Origin: Nitrospirota bacterium
GTDB lineage: Bacteria > Nitrospirota > Thermodesulfovibrionia > Thermodesulfovibrionales > Dissulfurispiraceae
Length of the DNA stretch: 64,000 nt
Direction: 5' to 3'
Assembly (NCBI GenBank): GCA_963710375.1
Contig: CAVPZX010000003.1
Coordinates: 32,001-96,000, forward strand
The notes under the pieces are model-generated. The model had not been told where the DNA came from. It did not search any database and saw only the letters and a list, made by a program, of their open reading frames with translations. The stretch's first letter is position 1. The number at the start of each line of letters is the position of its first letter. Positions 19,980-29,309 of this stretch are shown here, in pieces. The position numbers and the translations under genes were made by a program.

Positions 19980-20480
19980 ATAAGCAAAGATATTAGAGTT
20001 AACGAAGGTATCAGGACAAGAGAAGTGCGGTTGATCGGGGCATCCGGTGAACAGCTGGGAGTTGTAACGATACAGGAAGCACTGAGGATATCAAGAGAAA
20101 GCGGTTACGATCTTGTTGAGGTCGCCCCCAATGTAAGCCCTCCGGTGTGCAGGGTGATGGACTTCGGCAAGTATAAGTATCAGATGAGCAAAAAGCACAC
20201 TGCGAGAAAGACCGCTGACCTTAAAGAAGTGAAGATCAGGCCGCAAATAACCGACCATGATCTCCAGCTCAAGGTCAAAAATATCATGCGGTTTCTTGAA
20301 GAAGGGGACAAGGCGAAGGTCACCATGTTTTTCAGGGGAAGGGAAATCGTCAGACCTGAGATGGGGATGAAAGTATTTGACAGGATTAATGAGCTGCTTA
20401 CCGGTAAATTTAATATTGAACAGCAGCCCAGGCTGGAAGGCAATCATATAACCATGGTGATCACCCCCAGCAGCAAATAA
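19980..20480 (+). CDS. infC: Translation initiation factor IF-3 (non-canonical ATA start)
   Basis: SD GGAGGTG then in-frame ATA AGC AAA GAT ATT AGA GTT AAC GAA; DLVEVAP...[14 protein letters not shown]. Confidence 0.95.
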   Translation: MSKDIRVNEGIRTREVRLIGASGEQLGVVTIQEALRISRESGYDLVEVAPNVSPPVCRVMDFGKYKYQMSKKHTARKTADLKEVKIRPQITDHDLQLKVKNIMRFLEEGDKAKVTMFFRGREIVRPEMGMKVFDRINELLTGKFNIEQQPRLEGNHITMVITPSSK

Positions 20481-20499
20481 GATAGAAAGGAGAAATGAA

Positions 20500-20700
20500 A
20501 TGCCTAAGCTTAAAACCCACAGGGGAGCTGCCAAGCGTTTTAAAGTGACCGGCAGCGGGAAGATAAAAAGAAGCAAAGCATTTAAGAGCCATCTGTTGAC
20601 CAGCAAGTCTTCCAAAAGGGGCAGGAGTCTCAGAAAAAGTGCTTTAGTTCCTGATGTGCAATATGACAGCGTGAAGAAGCTTTTGCCGTATGCGTTCTAA
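20500..20700 (+). CDS. rpmI: 50S ribosomal protein L35
   Basis: [21 protein letters not shown]. Confidence 0.98.
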   Translation: MPKLKTHRGAAKRFKVTGSGKIKRSKAFKSHLLTSKSSKRGRSLRKSALVPDVQYDSVKKLLPYAF

Positions 20701-20701
20701 G

Positions 20702-20749
20702 ACAGGTAAAGGAATAGGTGTCGCACTCTCTACCTTTACCTGTTTTTTT
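20702..20749 (+). terminator. Terminator-like hairpin between rpmI and rplT
   Basis: ACAGGTAAAGG...CCTTTACCTGT followed by a T run. Confidence 0.6.
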
Positions 20750-20835
20750 GGCTTGACGCTTTAGTGCCTGATTAATTAAAATGTAAGCTATTAATGTGAG
20801 TTAAGAAGTTTTTTCGGACAGAGAAGGAGGATAAG

Positions 20836-21189
20836 ATGCCGAGGGCGAAAGGTGGTTTTAAGTCCAAACGATACCATAAGAAGGTTCTTGAGAGTTCAAA
20901 GGGTCAATATGGGGCGAGGAGTCGTCTTTACCGCATAGCAACACAGGTTGTCGACAAGGCCCTTATTGCTGCATATAAGGACAGAAGGCTTAAGAAACGG
21001 GAATTCAGGGCACTCTGGATAGCGCGGATCAATGCCGCAGTAAGGTCGCTGAACACCTCATACAGTCAATTTATGAACGGATTAAAGAAGGCCAATGTCA
21101 ATTTAAACAGAAAGGCCCTTGCCGATCTGGCGTGCAATGACTTCGAGACTTTTAGCAAACTTGTCGAGCAAGTAGCAAAAAATAAATAA
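20836..21189 (+). CDS. rplT: 50S ribosomal protein L20
   Basis: [23 protein letters not shown]. Confidence 0.98.
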   Translation: MPRAKGGFKSKRYHKKVLESSKGQYGARSRLYRIATQVVDKALIAAYKDRRLKKREFRALWIARINAAVRSLNTSYSQFMNGLKKANVNLNRKALADLACNDFETFSKLVEQVAKNK

Positions 21190-21277
21190 CAGACCGGTTC
21201 AAAGCAACCCGATAGCAGCAGGCATTAAGGCGATGATTATTTGCTGCAGTCTACTTCTGTGTTCGCCATGTTAAATA

Positions 21278-22288
21278 ATGATGATCGAAGATCTGAAACA
21301 GAAATTTCTGAATGAATTAAAGTCTGTTATAAGTACTGCTGATCTGTTTCAGCTTAGAATCAATTATCTGGGCAAAAAGGGACATGTCACAGCTGCCCTG
21401 AAAGCGCTTTCTTCAGCAGCGCCGGAAGACCGGCCGCTGCTCGGCAAGAAGATAAACGATGTAAAACAATTTATCGAAGCCGAGTTAGATGCCAAAGAAG
21501 CCTTCCTCAAAAACCAAGCGCTGAAAAAACAGTTGTCGGCCGGGTTCATTGATATAACTCTGCCCGGCAAATACACTGCTATTGGCATCCAGCACCCTAT
21601 CAATAAAGTTCTTTTCGAAATAGTGGATATTTTTGTCAGGATGGGATTCAGTGTTGAAGAAGGCCCGGAAGTAGAACATGATTATTATAACTTCGAGGCG
21701 CTGAATTTCCCAAGGGAGCATCCTGCGCGTGATATGCAGGACACCTTTTTTGTTAGTGACGATATTGTGCTCAGGACCCATACATCTCCGGTGCAGGTGA
21801 GGGGAATGGAAAAGAGAAAGCCCCCTGTGCGGTTCATTGCCCCCGGAAAGGTGTACAGGTGTGATGCCGATATAACTCATACACCCATGTTCCATCAGGT
21901 CGAGGGGCTTATGGTGGATAAAGATATTACGTTCAGCAATCTGAAAGGTGTCCTAGAGGCATTTCTTCATCAGATATTCGGTCCTGATACACCGGTGCGG
22001 TTCAGGCCGAGCTTTTTCCCTTTCACCGAGCCGTCGGCAGAGGTAGATATAGGCTGTATACTTTGCGGCGGTTCCGGCTGCAGGGTTTGCAAAAATTCGG
22101 GCTGGCTCGAAATCCTCGGCGCCGGTATGGTAAACCCGGCAGTTTTTAAATATGTCGGATATGATCCGGAAGTTTATTCAGGGTTCGCCTTCGGAATGGG
22201 GATTGAAAGAATAGCAATGCTCAAATATTCGATTGACGACATCAGGCTGTTTTACGAGAACGATGTCAGATTCCTGAGGCAGTTTTGA
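21278..22288 (+). CDS. pheS: Phenylalanyl-tRNA synthetase alpha subunit
   Basis: [26 protein letters not shown] and [10 protein letters not shown] motifs. Confidence 0.98.
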   Translation: MMIEDLKQKFLNELKSVISTADLFQLRINYLGKKGHVTAALKALSSAAPEDRPLLGKKINDVKQFIEAELDAKEAFLKNQALKKQLSAGFIDITLPGKYTAIGIQHPINKVLFEIVDIFVRMGFSVEEGPEVEHDYYNFEALNFPREHPARDMQDTFFVSDDIVLRTHTSPVQVRGMEKRKPPVRFIAPGKVYRCDADITHTPMFHQVEGLMVDKDITFSNLKGVLEAFLHQIFGPDTPVRFRPSFFPFTEPSAEVDIGCILCGGSGCRVCKNSGWLEILGAGMVNPAVFKYVGYDPEVYSGFAFGMGIERIAMLKYSIDDIRLFYENDVRFLRQF

Positions 22289-22410
22289 CGGTCTCGTAAA
22301 AATCCCATATGCTGCGTTGCGCTGCATCCTTAGTCACTGCGGCGTACGAAAAGTACGCCTCATTCCTGCGGATTTGCGCGCCTTGCCTATGGACTTTTTA
22401 CGAAACCGTC
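22287..22410 (+). mobile_element. MITE family C, copy 2 (124 bp)
   Basis: Same TIRs and interior as copy 1 but without the insert; overlaps the pheS stop. Confidence 0.85.
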
Positions 22411-22454
22411 GGGTTTAATAGGAAAAATAGGTAAAGGATGGTGTCCCGTTTATC

Positions 22455-24545
22455 ATGAGGGTTTCTCTTGAATGGCTGAGGGAATTTGTTCCGGTCAGCG
22501 AATCTGCCGCAGAAGTGGCACATCGTCTCACTATGCTCGGGCTTGAAGTCGAAGCAATGGAGCAGGTTGACGGGGACACTGTTTTTGAGATCAACGTGAC
22601 CCCTAACAGGCCAGACTGCCTCAGTATGATCGGTGTTGCCCGCGAACTGTCCGCAGCCTACGGTCAGACACTTGGCTTCCCCGAGCATGTGGTCGCGGCA
22701 GAGACAGGAGAACTTGATTTTAATGTAGATATCCATGACCCCGCCCTCTGCCGGCGATACGCAGGGAGGATAGTCAAAGGGCTTAAAATCGGCCCTTCAC
22801 CTGAGTGGCTTAAGCGCAGGCTCGAAAAATGCGGGTTTAGATCAATAAACAATGTGGTCGATGTAACCAATTATGTCCTCATTGAACTGGGACACCCCCT
22901 CCATGCCTTTGACCTGGGCACTATCAAGGGACGCCGCATACAGGTCGGCACATCGAGGAATGTTAAGGGCAAGACCGAAAAGTTGCGTTTCCGTACCCTT
23001 GACGGGAACGAGCAGGAACTGCCCGGGGATGCGCTTCTTATATGGGACGCCGAAGATCCTATAGCGATTGCCGGGATTATGGGCGGACTCGAAACGGAAG
23101 TCAGCGATTCGACTGTCGATATTTTTATTGAGAGCGCCTGGTTCGACCCAGTATCGGTAAGGAAGACCTCAAGGTCAACGTGCCTGAAGACCGAGGCGTC
23201 ATTCAGGTTTGAACGGGGTACGGATATAAAGATGCTTAAGAAGGCCTTGGACAGGGCAGCCTTGCTTATGCACGAGATTGCAGGCGGTACAGTCTACGGA
23301 AAAATAGACATCTACCCTGTAATATACTCACCAAGGGAAATCAGTATCAGCTGCGAAAAGATAAACAGAGTGCTGGGGCTGGATCTGACCGAAGCGAAAA
23401 TTACCCATTACCTGAATGCATTGGGTTTTGGTGTGGATAAGGTAAACAAATATTTTAATATTACACCGCCGGCATATAGGGAGGACGTACAGGGCGGCTT
23501 CGATATTATAGAAGAGGTCGCACGGGCATACGGGTATGAGAGAATCCCGGCGGTCCTGCCGACCGCGGTTGTCGGCATCGAGGCTCAGGACGACGCGCGG
23601 AAATTATTTTCAGGGGCTCTTCTAAAAGAGGTGAAGGAATCTTTTTTAAAGTCGGGATTTACCGAAGTAATCAATTACAGTTTTATGGGAGAACAGGACC
23701 TGGATTTCCTGGGTTTCGATACTGACGATGAACGCAGGAAAATGGTGCGGATAAAGAACCCTCTGCGCACTGAAGATGCCTGCATGCGAACAACACTTGT
23801 TCCTGCCTTGATTAAAAATATCGTGTATAACGTATCACACGATAACAGATCATTCAGGTTTTATGAAATATCCAGGGTCTTTTTAAGCAAGGAGGGGAGC
23901 TCACTCCCTGAAGAAAGAAACCACTTCGCAGCAGCATTATATAAAGAAAAAATACGATCGCTTTACAAGGATGATACCCACGACTTTTTTGTGGTCAAGG
24001 GCGTAATTGAGGCCCTGTTTGATGTTCTCAAAATAAGCAGTTATTCCTTTGCCAGGTCATCGGAACACTTTCTGCACCCCGGGCAATCTGCGGATATATT
24101 GATAGGCGGCGAGAAGATCGGATACGTCGGGGCCTTGTCTCCGGTTATTATCGGTCGTCTTGACATAAAGGCGCATAATCCTTCAATAATCCTTGCAGAG
24201 ATTGATGTTGAACTCATCAGACCTTATTCCATGCAGGCACTCAAATATCATCCATTGCCCAGGTATCCCTATAGTGAAAGGGACACTGCGCTTGTGGTAG
24301 ATGAATCCCTTGAATCAGCGGAGATTGTTGCATTGCTAAAGTCCTATAGTTCTGACCTGATAGAGGACGTTTCGCTATTCGACGTCTATCAGGGGAAGAA
24401 CATCCCTGAAGGAAAAAAGAGCATCGCCTTTTCGATCCGGTACAGGGCGTCAGACCGGACACTGAAAGATGAGGAGGTTGACGTCCTCCACGATCAGATC
24501 ATTGCATTCGTTATCGAAAGAACCAAGGGACAGCTCAGGACTTAG
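22455..24545 (+). CDS. pheT: Phenylalanyl-tRNA synthetase beta subunit (short form)
   Basis: TPNRPDCLS, NNVVDVTNY, RFERG, DIIEEVAR and C-terminal FDVY...KSIAF motifs. Confidence 0.95.
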   Translation: MRVSLEWLREFVPVSESAAEVAHRLTMLGLEVEAMEQVDGDTVFEINVTPNRPDCLSMIGVARELSAAYGQTLGFPEHVVAAETGELDFNVDIHDPALCRRYAGRIVKGLKIGPSPEWLKRRLEKCGFRSINNVVDVTNYVLIELGHPLHAFDLGTIKGRRIQVGTSRNVKGKTEKLRFRTLDGNEQELPGDALLIWDAEDPIAIAGIMGGLETEVSDSTVDIFIESAWFDPVSVRKTSRSTCLKTEASFRFERGTDIKMLKKALDRAALLMHEIAGGTVYGKIDIYPVIYSPREISISCEKINRVLGLDLTEAKITHYLNALGFGVDKVNKYFNITPPAYREDVQGGFDIIEEVARAYGYERIPAVLPTAVVGIEAQDDARKLFSGALLKEVKESFLKSGFTEVINYSFMGEQDLDFLGFDTDDERRKMVRIKNPLRTEDACMRTTLVPALIKNIVYNVSHDNRSFRFYEISRVFLSKEGSSLPEERNHFAAALYKEKIRSLYKDDTHDFFVVKGVIEALFDVLKISSYSFARSSEHFLHPGQSADILIGGEKIGYVGALSPVIIGRLDIKAHNPSIILAEIDVELIRPYSMQALKYHPLPRYPYSERDTALVVDESLESAEIVALLKSYSSDLIEDVSLFDVYQGKNIPEGKKSIAFSIRYRASDRTLKDEEVDVLHDQIIAFVIERTKGQLRT

Positions 24546-24605
24546 GTCTCAGCCTGCAGCATCAACCGTTCCTTTGTGGTATCATTATGTAAGAGAGGAG
24601 GGTTT

Positions 24606-24875
24606 ATGCAGATTAGGACAACTATAGAGCTTTGGCAAAAAGGTAAATGGGTTATCGCTAAAATGCCCGAGCTTGATTTTGTCACACAGGGGCGCACGAT
24701 AGAGGAGGCTAAGTCGAACTTAAAAGAAGTTGTCAGGATACAGTTCGAGGAAATGAAAGAACTCGGGACTCTTGAGGACTACCTTGCTGAGTGCGGTTTC
24801 GAGATCAGAGGAGACAATGTTGAACCGATTAATGAAATGATCGGGTTTGAGAAACAGTTTGTTCAGGTAAATTAA
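24606..24875 (+). CDS. hicB: HicB-like antitoxin (no obvious DNA-binding domain)
   Basis: PELDFVTQGRTIEEAKSNLKE motif; stop overlaps the hicA start. Confidence 0.8.
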   Translation: MQIRTTIELWQKGKWVIAKMPELDFVTQGRTIEEAKSNLKEVVRIQFEEMKELGTLEDYLAECGFEIRGDNVEPINEMIGFEKQFVQVN

Positions 24876-25105
24876 TGCCCAAAATATATCCGACTGACTG
24901 GAAGACTCAGCGCCGGATATTTGAGCTGTTCGGTTGTAAATATAAACGTAAAGAAGGTTCTCACCATATTCTAACCTACCCTGGAGCAAAAAGAGCCGTT
25001 GTTATCCCTGAATACGATGAAATCGACATTGACATCATCAAAAGCAATATGCGTACAGTCGGTATGAGCAGGGAGCAATATTTTGAGTTGTTGAAGATGG
25101 TATGA
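24875..25105 (+). CDS. hicA: HicA family mRNA interferase toxin
   Basis: RKEGSHH...VVIP motif, 76 aa. Confidence 0.85.
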   Translation: MPKIYPTDWKTQRRIFELFGCKYKRKEGSHHILTYPGAKRAVVIPEYDEIDIDIIKSNMRTVGMSREQYFELLKMV

Positions 25106-25224
25106 ATTTACCGTGCAAGTTTCATTCGGGGAAGCGCATAATGGAGATGATTAGAGTGGAGCTTACTTCACCGACAAGTCCTCGCGAATCAACATACCGC
25201 AATAGTGAAGATTTTCGAGAGAAG

Positions 25225-25410
25225 TCAGTGGTAACGATGGTCCACAGCTTCCAAACGGCCTCCACAAGAACAAAATAACTGAATGATGATGACGATATCT
25301 TGCGAAGGGGCTATATTATAGCCGGAAGAAAGCTCAAATGAGGCAGAGGAGACATGGAATATCTCTATTATGGTAGAGACGGGACTACTTCTAACAAATC
25401 TTCCACACAC
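25225..25410 (-). pseudogene. Truncated SOS response-associated peptidase (SRAP/YedK)
   Basis: N-terminal MCGRF and YNIAPSQ motifs, but only 61 aa. Confidence 0.75.
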
Positions 25411-25628
25411 TTAAGAATTAGATGAGTAAAGAAAAAATGCGACAGAGATAACAGCCGCGATAATGGCAACCCCTACAATCTTCCAGTTGACCTTATAACG
25501 CTTTTCCCCAGGAGAAATTAGCCCCCCGCTGTAGTCAATGCAAGCAAAATGTGGCTGAAGGTTTTATTGTTCCGGTGGGAATTGCGCCAAGCCTGTTGTC
25601 AATGAAGATATTTATTGCCTGTTGTTGT

Positions 25629-25982
25629 TCATGCATGGCCCATTGGGCCATCCGGATTGTTTTGGCGGTATATAGCGGCTGCAGTCGTTCCCACATCCTC
25701 AAGCATTTCCCTGATAACTATATCCAATCTTTTTATCGATATCTTCAGAGTGTCCGCTACCTGCGGCAACGGAATACCCTTCCCGAAATGCATCTCGGCA
25801 ATTAGAACCTTTAGAGCATCATCTTCAATAAAGTGTTTTAATTCGGGATCCTGCACATCAACCATGCTGAATGCCTCGCTGAAGCTTAACCCGTTTTCCA
25901 CGCCCTTTCTGATTTTTATAATGGCTTCGCTATAAATCAAGCGCTCTTCCGGCGTATAGTCCTTGTATTTGAAATCAGCCAT
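25629..25982 (-). CDS. Hypothetical protein (possible C-terminal HTH)
   Basis: 117-aa ORF with SD AAAGGAA. Confidence 0.7.
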   Translation of the reverse strand: MADFKYKDYTPEERLIYSEAIIKIRKGVENGLSFSEAFSMVDVQDPELKHFIEDDALKVLIAEMHFGKGIPLPQVADTLKISIKRLDIVIREMLEDVGTTAAAIYRQNNPDGPMGHA

Positions 25983-26116
25983 AAAATTCCTTTCTGTTAA
26001 ATTAGTTGTCTTTCAATTTAGCATAGATACGCTGCTTTTAGCTAATTCTGGGGTAGAGCGCCGGGCAAATGCTCTATCTACTGATATGCACCCTCTTTTC
26101 GTGCTAATCTGCCGTT

Positions 26117-26296
26117 ATGCATAAAAAGCCGTTTCCTTTGAGCTCGTTACCGCTGAAAACCAAAATTACCGGACTGGTGCTGATTCTCTTTTTGTCCAGC
26201 ATCTGGGTCTTAACCAGTGCAATCGATGTGGATCGTAAGTTTGCTGTTTCCTTCGGCGTGAGGGGGGCCTCCTATATAGATTACACCGCAAAGTAG
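26117..26296 (+). pseudogene. Probable N-terminal remnant of a membrane sensor (kinase/diguanylate cyclase)
   Basis: 59-aa ORF with LKTKITGLVLILFLSSIWVLT, resembling the first TM of Cache-type sensors. Confidence 0.35.
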
Positions 26297-26649
26297 CTCG
26301 TGAAATGTCAAGATGTCGGGCGGCTGAGCATAATAAGAAGTGATACCAGAGTAATAAAAAATCGTCATGCGTGGAACCGCTACACTGCTTTAGGGCTACA
26401 ACTTATCATTATATGGAACACCCCCTCAGTACTGAATGTACTTAACGCCTAGTAGACTATATTCCCGATAGTACATCGCCCAATTGTTACAATGGCACCC
26501 ACTGAGTATTTGCAGGAAGGAATAAAAGGTATTTGCACAAGCAAAGGCCATGCAGTGTGCGAGCTGGAACTAACACTCGATCTAACATTGCTGATCGATC
26601 TGGTTTTATATTTTACAATTCATCAGCGCTCGACTCACGACGCTCGACG

Positions 26650-26853
26650 CTATCGCGCTATTTTATATCCGGCCTTCTCGATGGCTGAATAGATATCTTC
26701 CATCTTCACTTTTGATTCGTCATACTTGATGCTTGCACTGCCGACCGTAACATTTGCTTCAGTAATGCCTGCAATACCGTTCAGCGCCCTTTTTACTCTC
26801 ATCACGCAATGCTCACAGCTCATGCCCTCGATTTTTATTCCAGTTTCTGCCAT
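26650..26853 (-). CDS. copZ: Copper chaperone (HMA domain)
   Basis: GMSCEHC motif, 67 aa. Confidence 0.9.
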   Translation of the reverse strand: MAETGIKIEGMSCEHCVMRVKRALNGIAGITEANVTVGSASIKYDESKVKMEDIYSAIEKAGYKIAR

Positions 26854-27011
26854 TTAGATTCCTCCTGCGTTCAATTTGTTAAATATCTCCAATCCAGTCA
26901 TTAAAATTATAATTCAATTAGCCTCACTCTTTCCATTGCCTTTAGTGTAAGAGGGTTTGATGGCCGAGGTTGACATTTATATGCATATTAGGTAAGGTTT
27001 CAGAAATTAAT

Positions 27012-28064
27012 ATGACAATTGATCCCTTAGCTATCACATCGGAAATAATAATCCCTCTTGCTATCGTAGCGGGAGGAATCCTCCTTGGTGTCATCGTCGA
27101 GATGGTGATAGTTGGAAAGCTGAAAAGAATGATCGCGAAAGAGAAAAACGATGCCGCCGAAATTGCGCTTCTGGCGGCTCGATACATGATAGTCCTTTCA
27201 ATTGCCATTCTGAGTGTCTACGGCGCAATACATCTCGTCCCCTTGAACAGGCCTCTTTTTCATGTTCTGAAAAAAATCCTTCACGTACTGATGATACTGA
27301 CTGGAACTATCATTGCGTGCAGGTTCACGGTAGCATTCATAAACATTTACATGAAAAAAACAAAAGCTGACATTGCCGCGTTTACTATCTTTATAAATCT
27401 GATAAAACTGGTGGTTTACCTGATCGGTTTCATGATAATACTCGATTCCATCGGGGTATCCATCACGCCCATACTCACTGCACTGGGCGTGGGCGGATTG
27501 GCGGTGGCCCTGGGGCTCCAGAACACCCTTGCCAACCTGTTTTCGGGACTTAACATCATTGCCTCAGGAAAGTTCAGGGTGGGAGATTATATTAAACTGG
27601 GCAGTGGTGAGGAAGGGTACATATCCGATATGACGTGGCGGGAGACGATTGTCAAAACGCCTTCAGATAATATTATCGTAATCCCGAATTCCAAGCTCGC
27701 ATCGGTGAATGTTACAAACTATTCCCTTCCCGACAGCGAGATGTACATGGTCGCTAAAATCGGCGTGAGTTATAATAGCGATTTGAAAAGAGTGGAAGAA
27801 GTGACAGCAGCTGTGGCAAAAGAAGTTATGCGTGAAGTTGCCGGAGGCGTTCCGGAATTCGAACCTTTTATACAATACACCAGGTTTTCTGATTCATGCA
27901 TAGATTTTTCACTAAATATGCGCGTTAAAGACTTCAATAGTCAGGCTGGTGTTCAGCACGAATTGATCATGCGGCTTCATGAAAGGTACAAGCAGGAAGG
28001 GATAGTTATTCCATACCCCATAAGGACGGTGTTCATGAAGGAGCTCCAAAGTAAGGAGACTTAA
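27012..28064 (+). CDS. Small-conductance mechanosensitive channel, MscS family
   Basis: LGVGGLAVALGLQNTLANLFSG, FRVGDYI and IPNSKL motifs. Confidence 0.93.
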   Translation: MTIDPLAITSEIIIPLAIVAGGILLGVIVEMVIVGKLKRMIAKEKNDAAEIALLAARYMIVLSIAILSVYGAIHLVPLNRPLFHVLKKILHVLMILTGTIIACRFTVAFINIYMKKTKADIAAFTIFINLIKLVVYLIGFMIILDSIGVSITPILTALGVGGLAVALGLQNTLANLFSGLNIIASGKFRVGDYIKLGSGEEGYISDMTWRETIVKTPSDNIIVIPNSKLASVNVTNYSLPDSEMYMVAKIGVSYNSDLKRVEEVTAAVAKEVMREVAGGVPEFEPFIQYTRFSDSCIDFSLNMRVKDFNSQAGVQHELIMRLHERYKQEGIVIPYPIRTVFMKELQSKET

Positions 28065-28158
28065 CAGATAAAACTCATAAGCACTTGACTAATCGAAAAG
28101 ATTGATTTATACATTATCATTGACCAAATAATGCAATATTCATTAAGGAGGATGATTT

Positions 28159-28620
28159 ATGCACGATATCAAACGTATCCTTGTCGTAAGCAGAATGACA
28201 AAACACTGCCGTAAAGCGGTCCATTACGGAATTTCTCTGGCCCGGAGTTACGGGGCTGAACTTTATGTCATTCATGTTGTCTATGATCCTTTGACTTTTG
28301 GGGCATGGAACCTGCCGAAACCATCCCTGGAAGAAGATTACAAAAAAGAGATTAAGCAGTCGAAAGATGACCTCGACGCTATCATACATATTGAGAAGGG
28401 TAAGGGTCTGCATGTAAAAGAAATAATTAAAGAGGGAAATCCTACAGAGGAGATTTTTGCCGCAATCAAAGAAAACAAAATAGATCTCGTGATAATGCTT
28501 GCCCATGAAGAATGGCGGCTGGAACATTTTCTTTTTGGACGGAGCAACGAAGAAATTATTCGGAAGATGCCGTGTTCAGTTCTGCTGCTAAAAGAGGAAC
28601 CCCAGCCCACTGCATTCTGA
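28159..28620 (+). CDS. Universal stress protein
   Basis: IKRILV, GAELYVIHV, IDLVIM and PCSVLL motifs. Confidence 0.88.
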   Translation: MHDIKRILVVSRMTKHCRKAVHYGISLARSYGAELYVIHVVYDPLTFGAWNLPKPSLEEDYKKEIKQSKDDLDAIIHIEKGKGLHVKEIIKEGNPTEEIFAAIKENKIDLVIMLAHEEWRLEHFLFGRSNEEIIRKMPCSVLLLKEEPQPTAF

Positions 28621-28656
28621 GAGGCAAGAGGTGAACTTTTTAATATGATATTAACG

Positions 28657-28692
28657 GTGGACTGGCAACGTCCAGTCCACGTTTCATTTTTT
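28657..28692 (+). terminator. Terminator after the USP gene
   Basis: GTGGACTGG/CCAGTCCAC stem followed by a T-rich tail. Confidence 0.6.
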
Positions 28693-28790
28693 ATGACGGG
28701 TACTTCATTTTTTAAGATAGCGTCTTTCACACGTCTTGTCTAAACTCATATTATCTCAATAATTCAATAGCTTCATTTCAGTATTCCACC

Positions 28791-28806
28791 TGGCACTGAA
28801 AATGCT
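28791..28806 (+). promoter_or_regulatory. sigma54 (-24/-12) promoter of the kdp operon
   Basis: TGGCACTGAAAATGCT, GG-N10-GC. Confidence 0.75.
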
Positions 28807-28938
28807 CATGAAATTCGCGTATGAGTATTAAGAAGGCGAGGTTGTGATTCGTAAAAAACCGGTCTACAATTTGAGGAGATTTATGGATATGAACAATATT
28901 TCAAGACATATAATTTTTTTAAATAAGGAGGACACAAT

Positions 28939-29034
28939 ATGAACCTTGCAGTTTGGCTTCCGGGGATGTTCCTGCTGGGCATAGCGGGGATGGGGTTGTG
29001 TTTACTGTTTTTGAAAGCTTGCGAGAAAATATAA
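28939..29034 (+). CDS. 31-aa membrane peptide upstream of kdpF (KdpZ-like)
   Basis: Strong SD AAGGAGG; MNLAVWLPGMFLLGIAGMGLCLLFLKACEKI. Confidence 0.75.
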   Translation: MNLAVWLPGMFLLGIAGMGLCLLFLKACEKI

Positions 29035-29051
29035 AAGTTGAGGTGGCGCAA

Positions 29052-29132
29052 ATGATTTATTTGACGGCAGTTATAGCAGTCTTTTTATTCATTTACCTGG
29101 TTGTGGCCCTTGTGCGGCCGGAATGGTTCTGA
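29052..29132 (+). CDS. kdpF: Potassium-transporting ATPase subunit F
   Basis: MIYLTAVIAVFLFIYLVVALVRPEWF (YL..AL.RPE.F motif), SD GAGGTG. Confidence 0.9.
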   Translation: MIYLTAVIAVFLFIYLVVALVRPEWF

Positions 29133-29167
29133 AAATACCGGCAATACACTTAAAAAACCTATATTAA

Positions 29168-29291
29168 GACGGTTTCGTAAAAAGTTCATAGGCAAGGCGC
29201 GCAAATGCTGAGGAATGCGGCGTACTCCCTGTACGCCGCAGTGACGAAGGATGCAGCGCAACGCAGCATATGGACTTTTTACGAAACCGTC
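29168..29291 (-). mobile_element. MITE family C, copy 3 (124 bp, inverted)
   Basis: Reverse-complement match to copy 2; same TIRs. Confidence 0.85.
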
Positions 29292-29309
29292 AATTAAAGG
29301 AGTTAAACA

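Noticed and set aside
25411..25580. Minus-strand TM-encoding frame (…KVNWKIVGVAIIAAVISVAFF…)
   Set aside because: No convincing in-frame start before an upstream stop; at most a remnant.
29168..29291. Structured element in the kdp leader as a c-di-AMP or K+ riboswitch
   Set aside because: The same element occurs, in the opposite orientation, at lolD/thrS and pheS/pheT and has TIRs, so it is a MITE.
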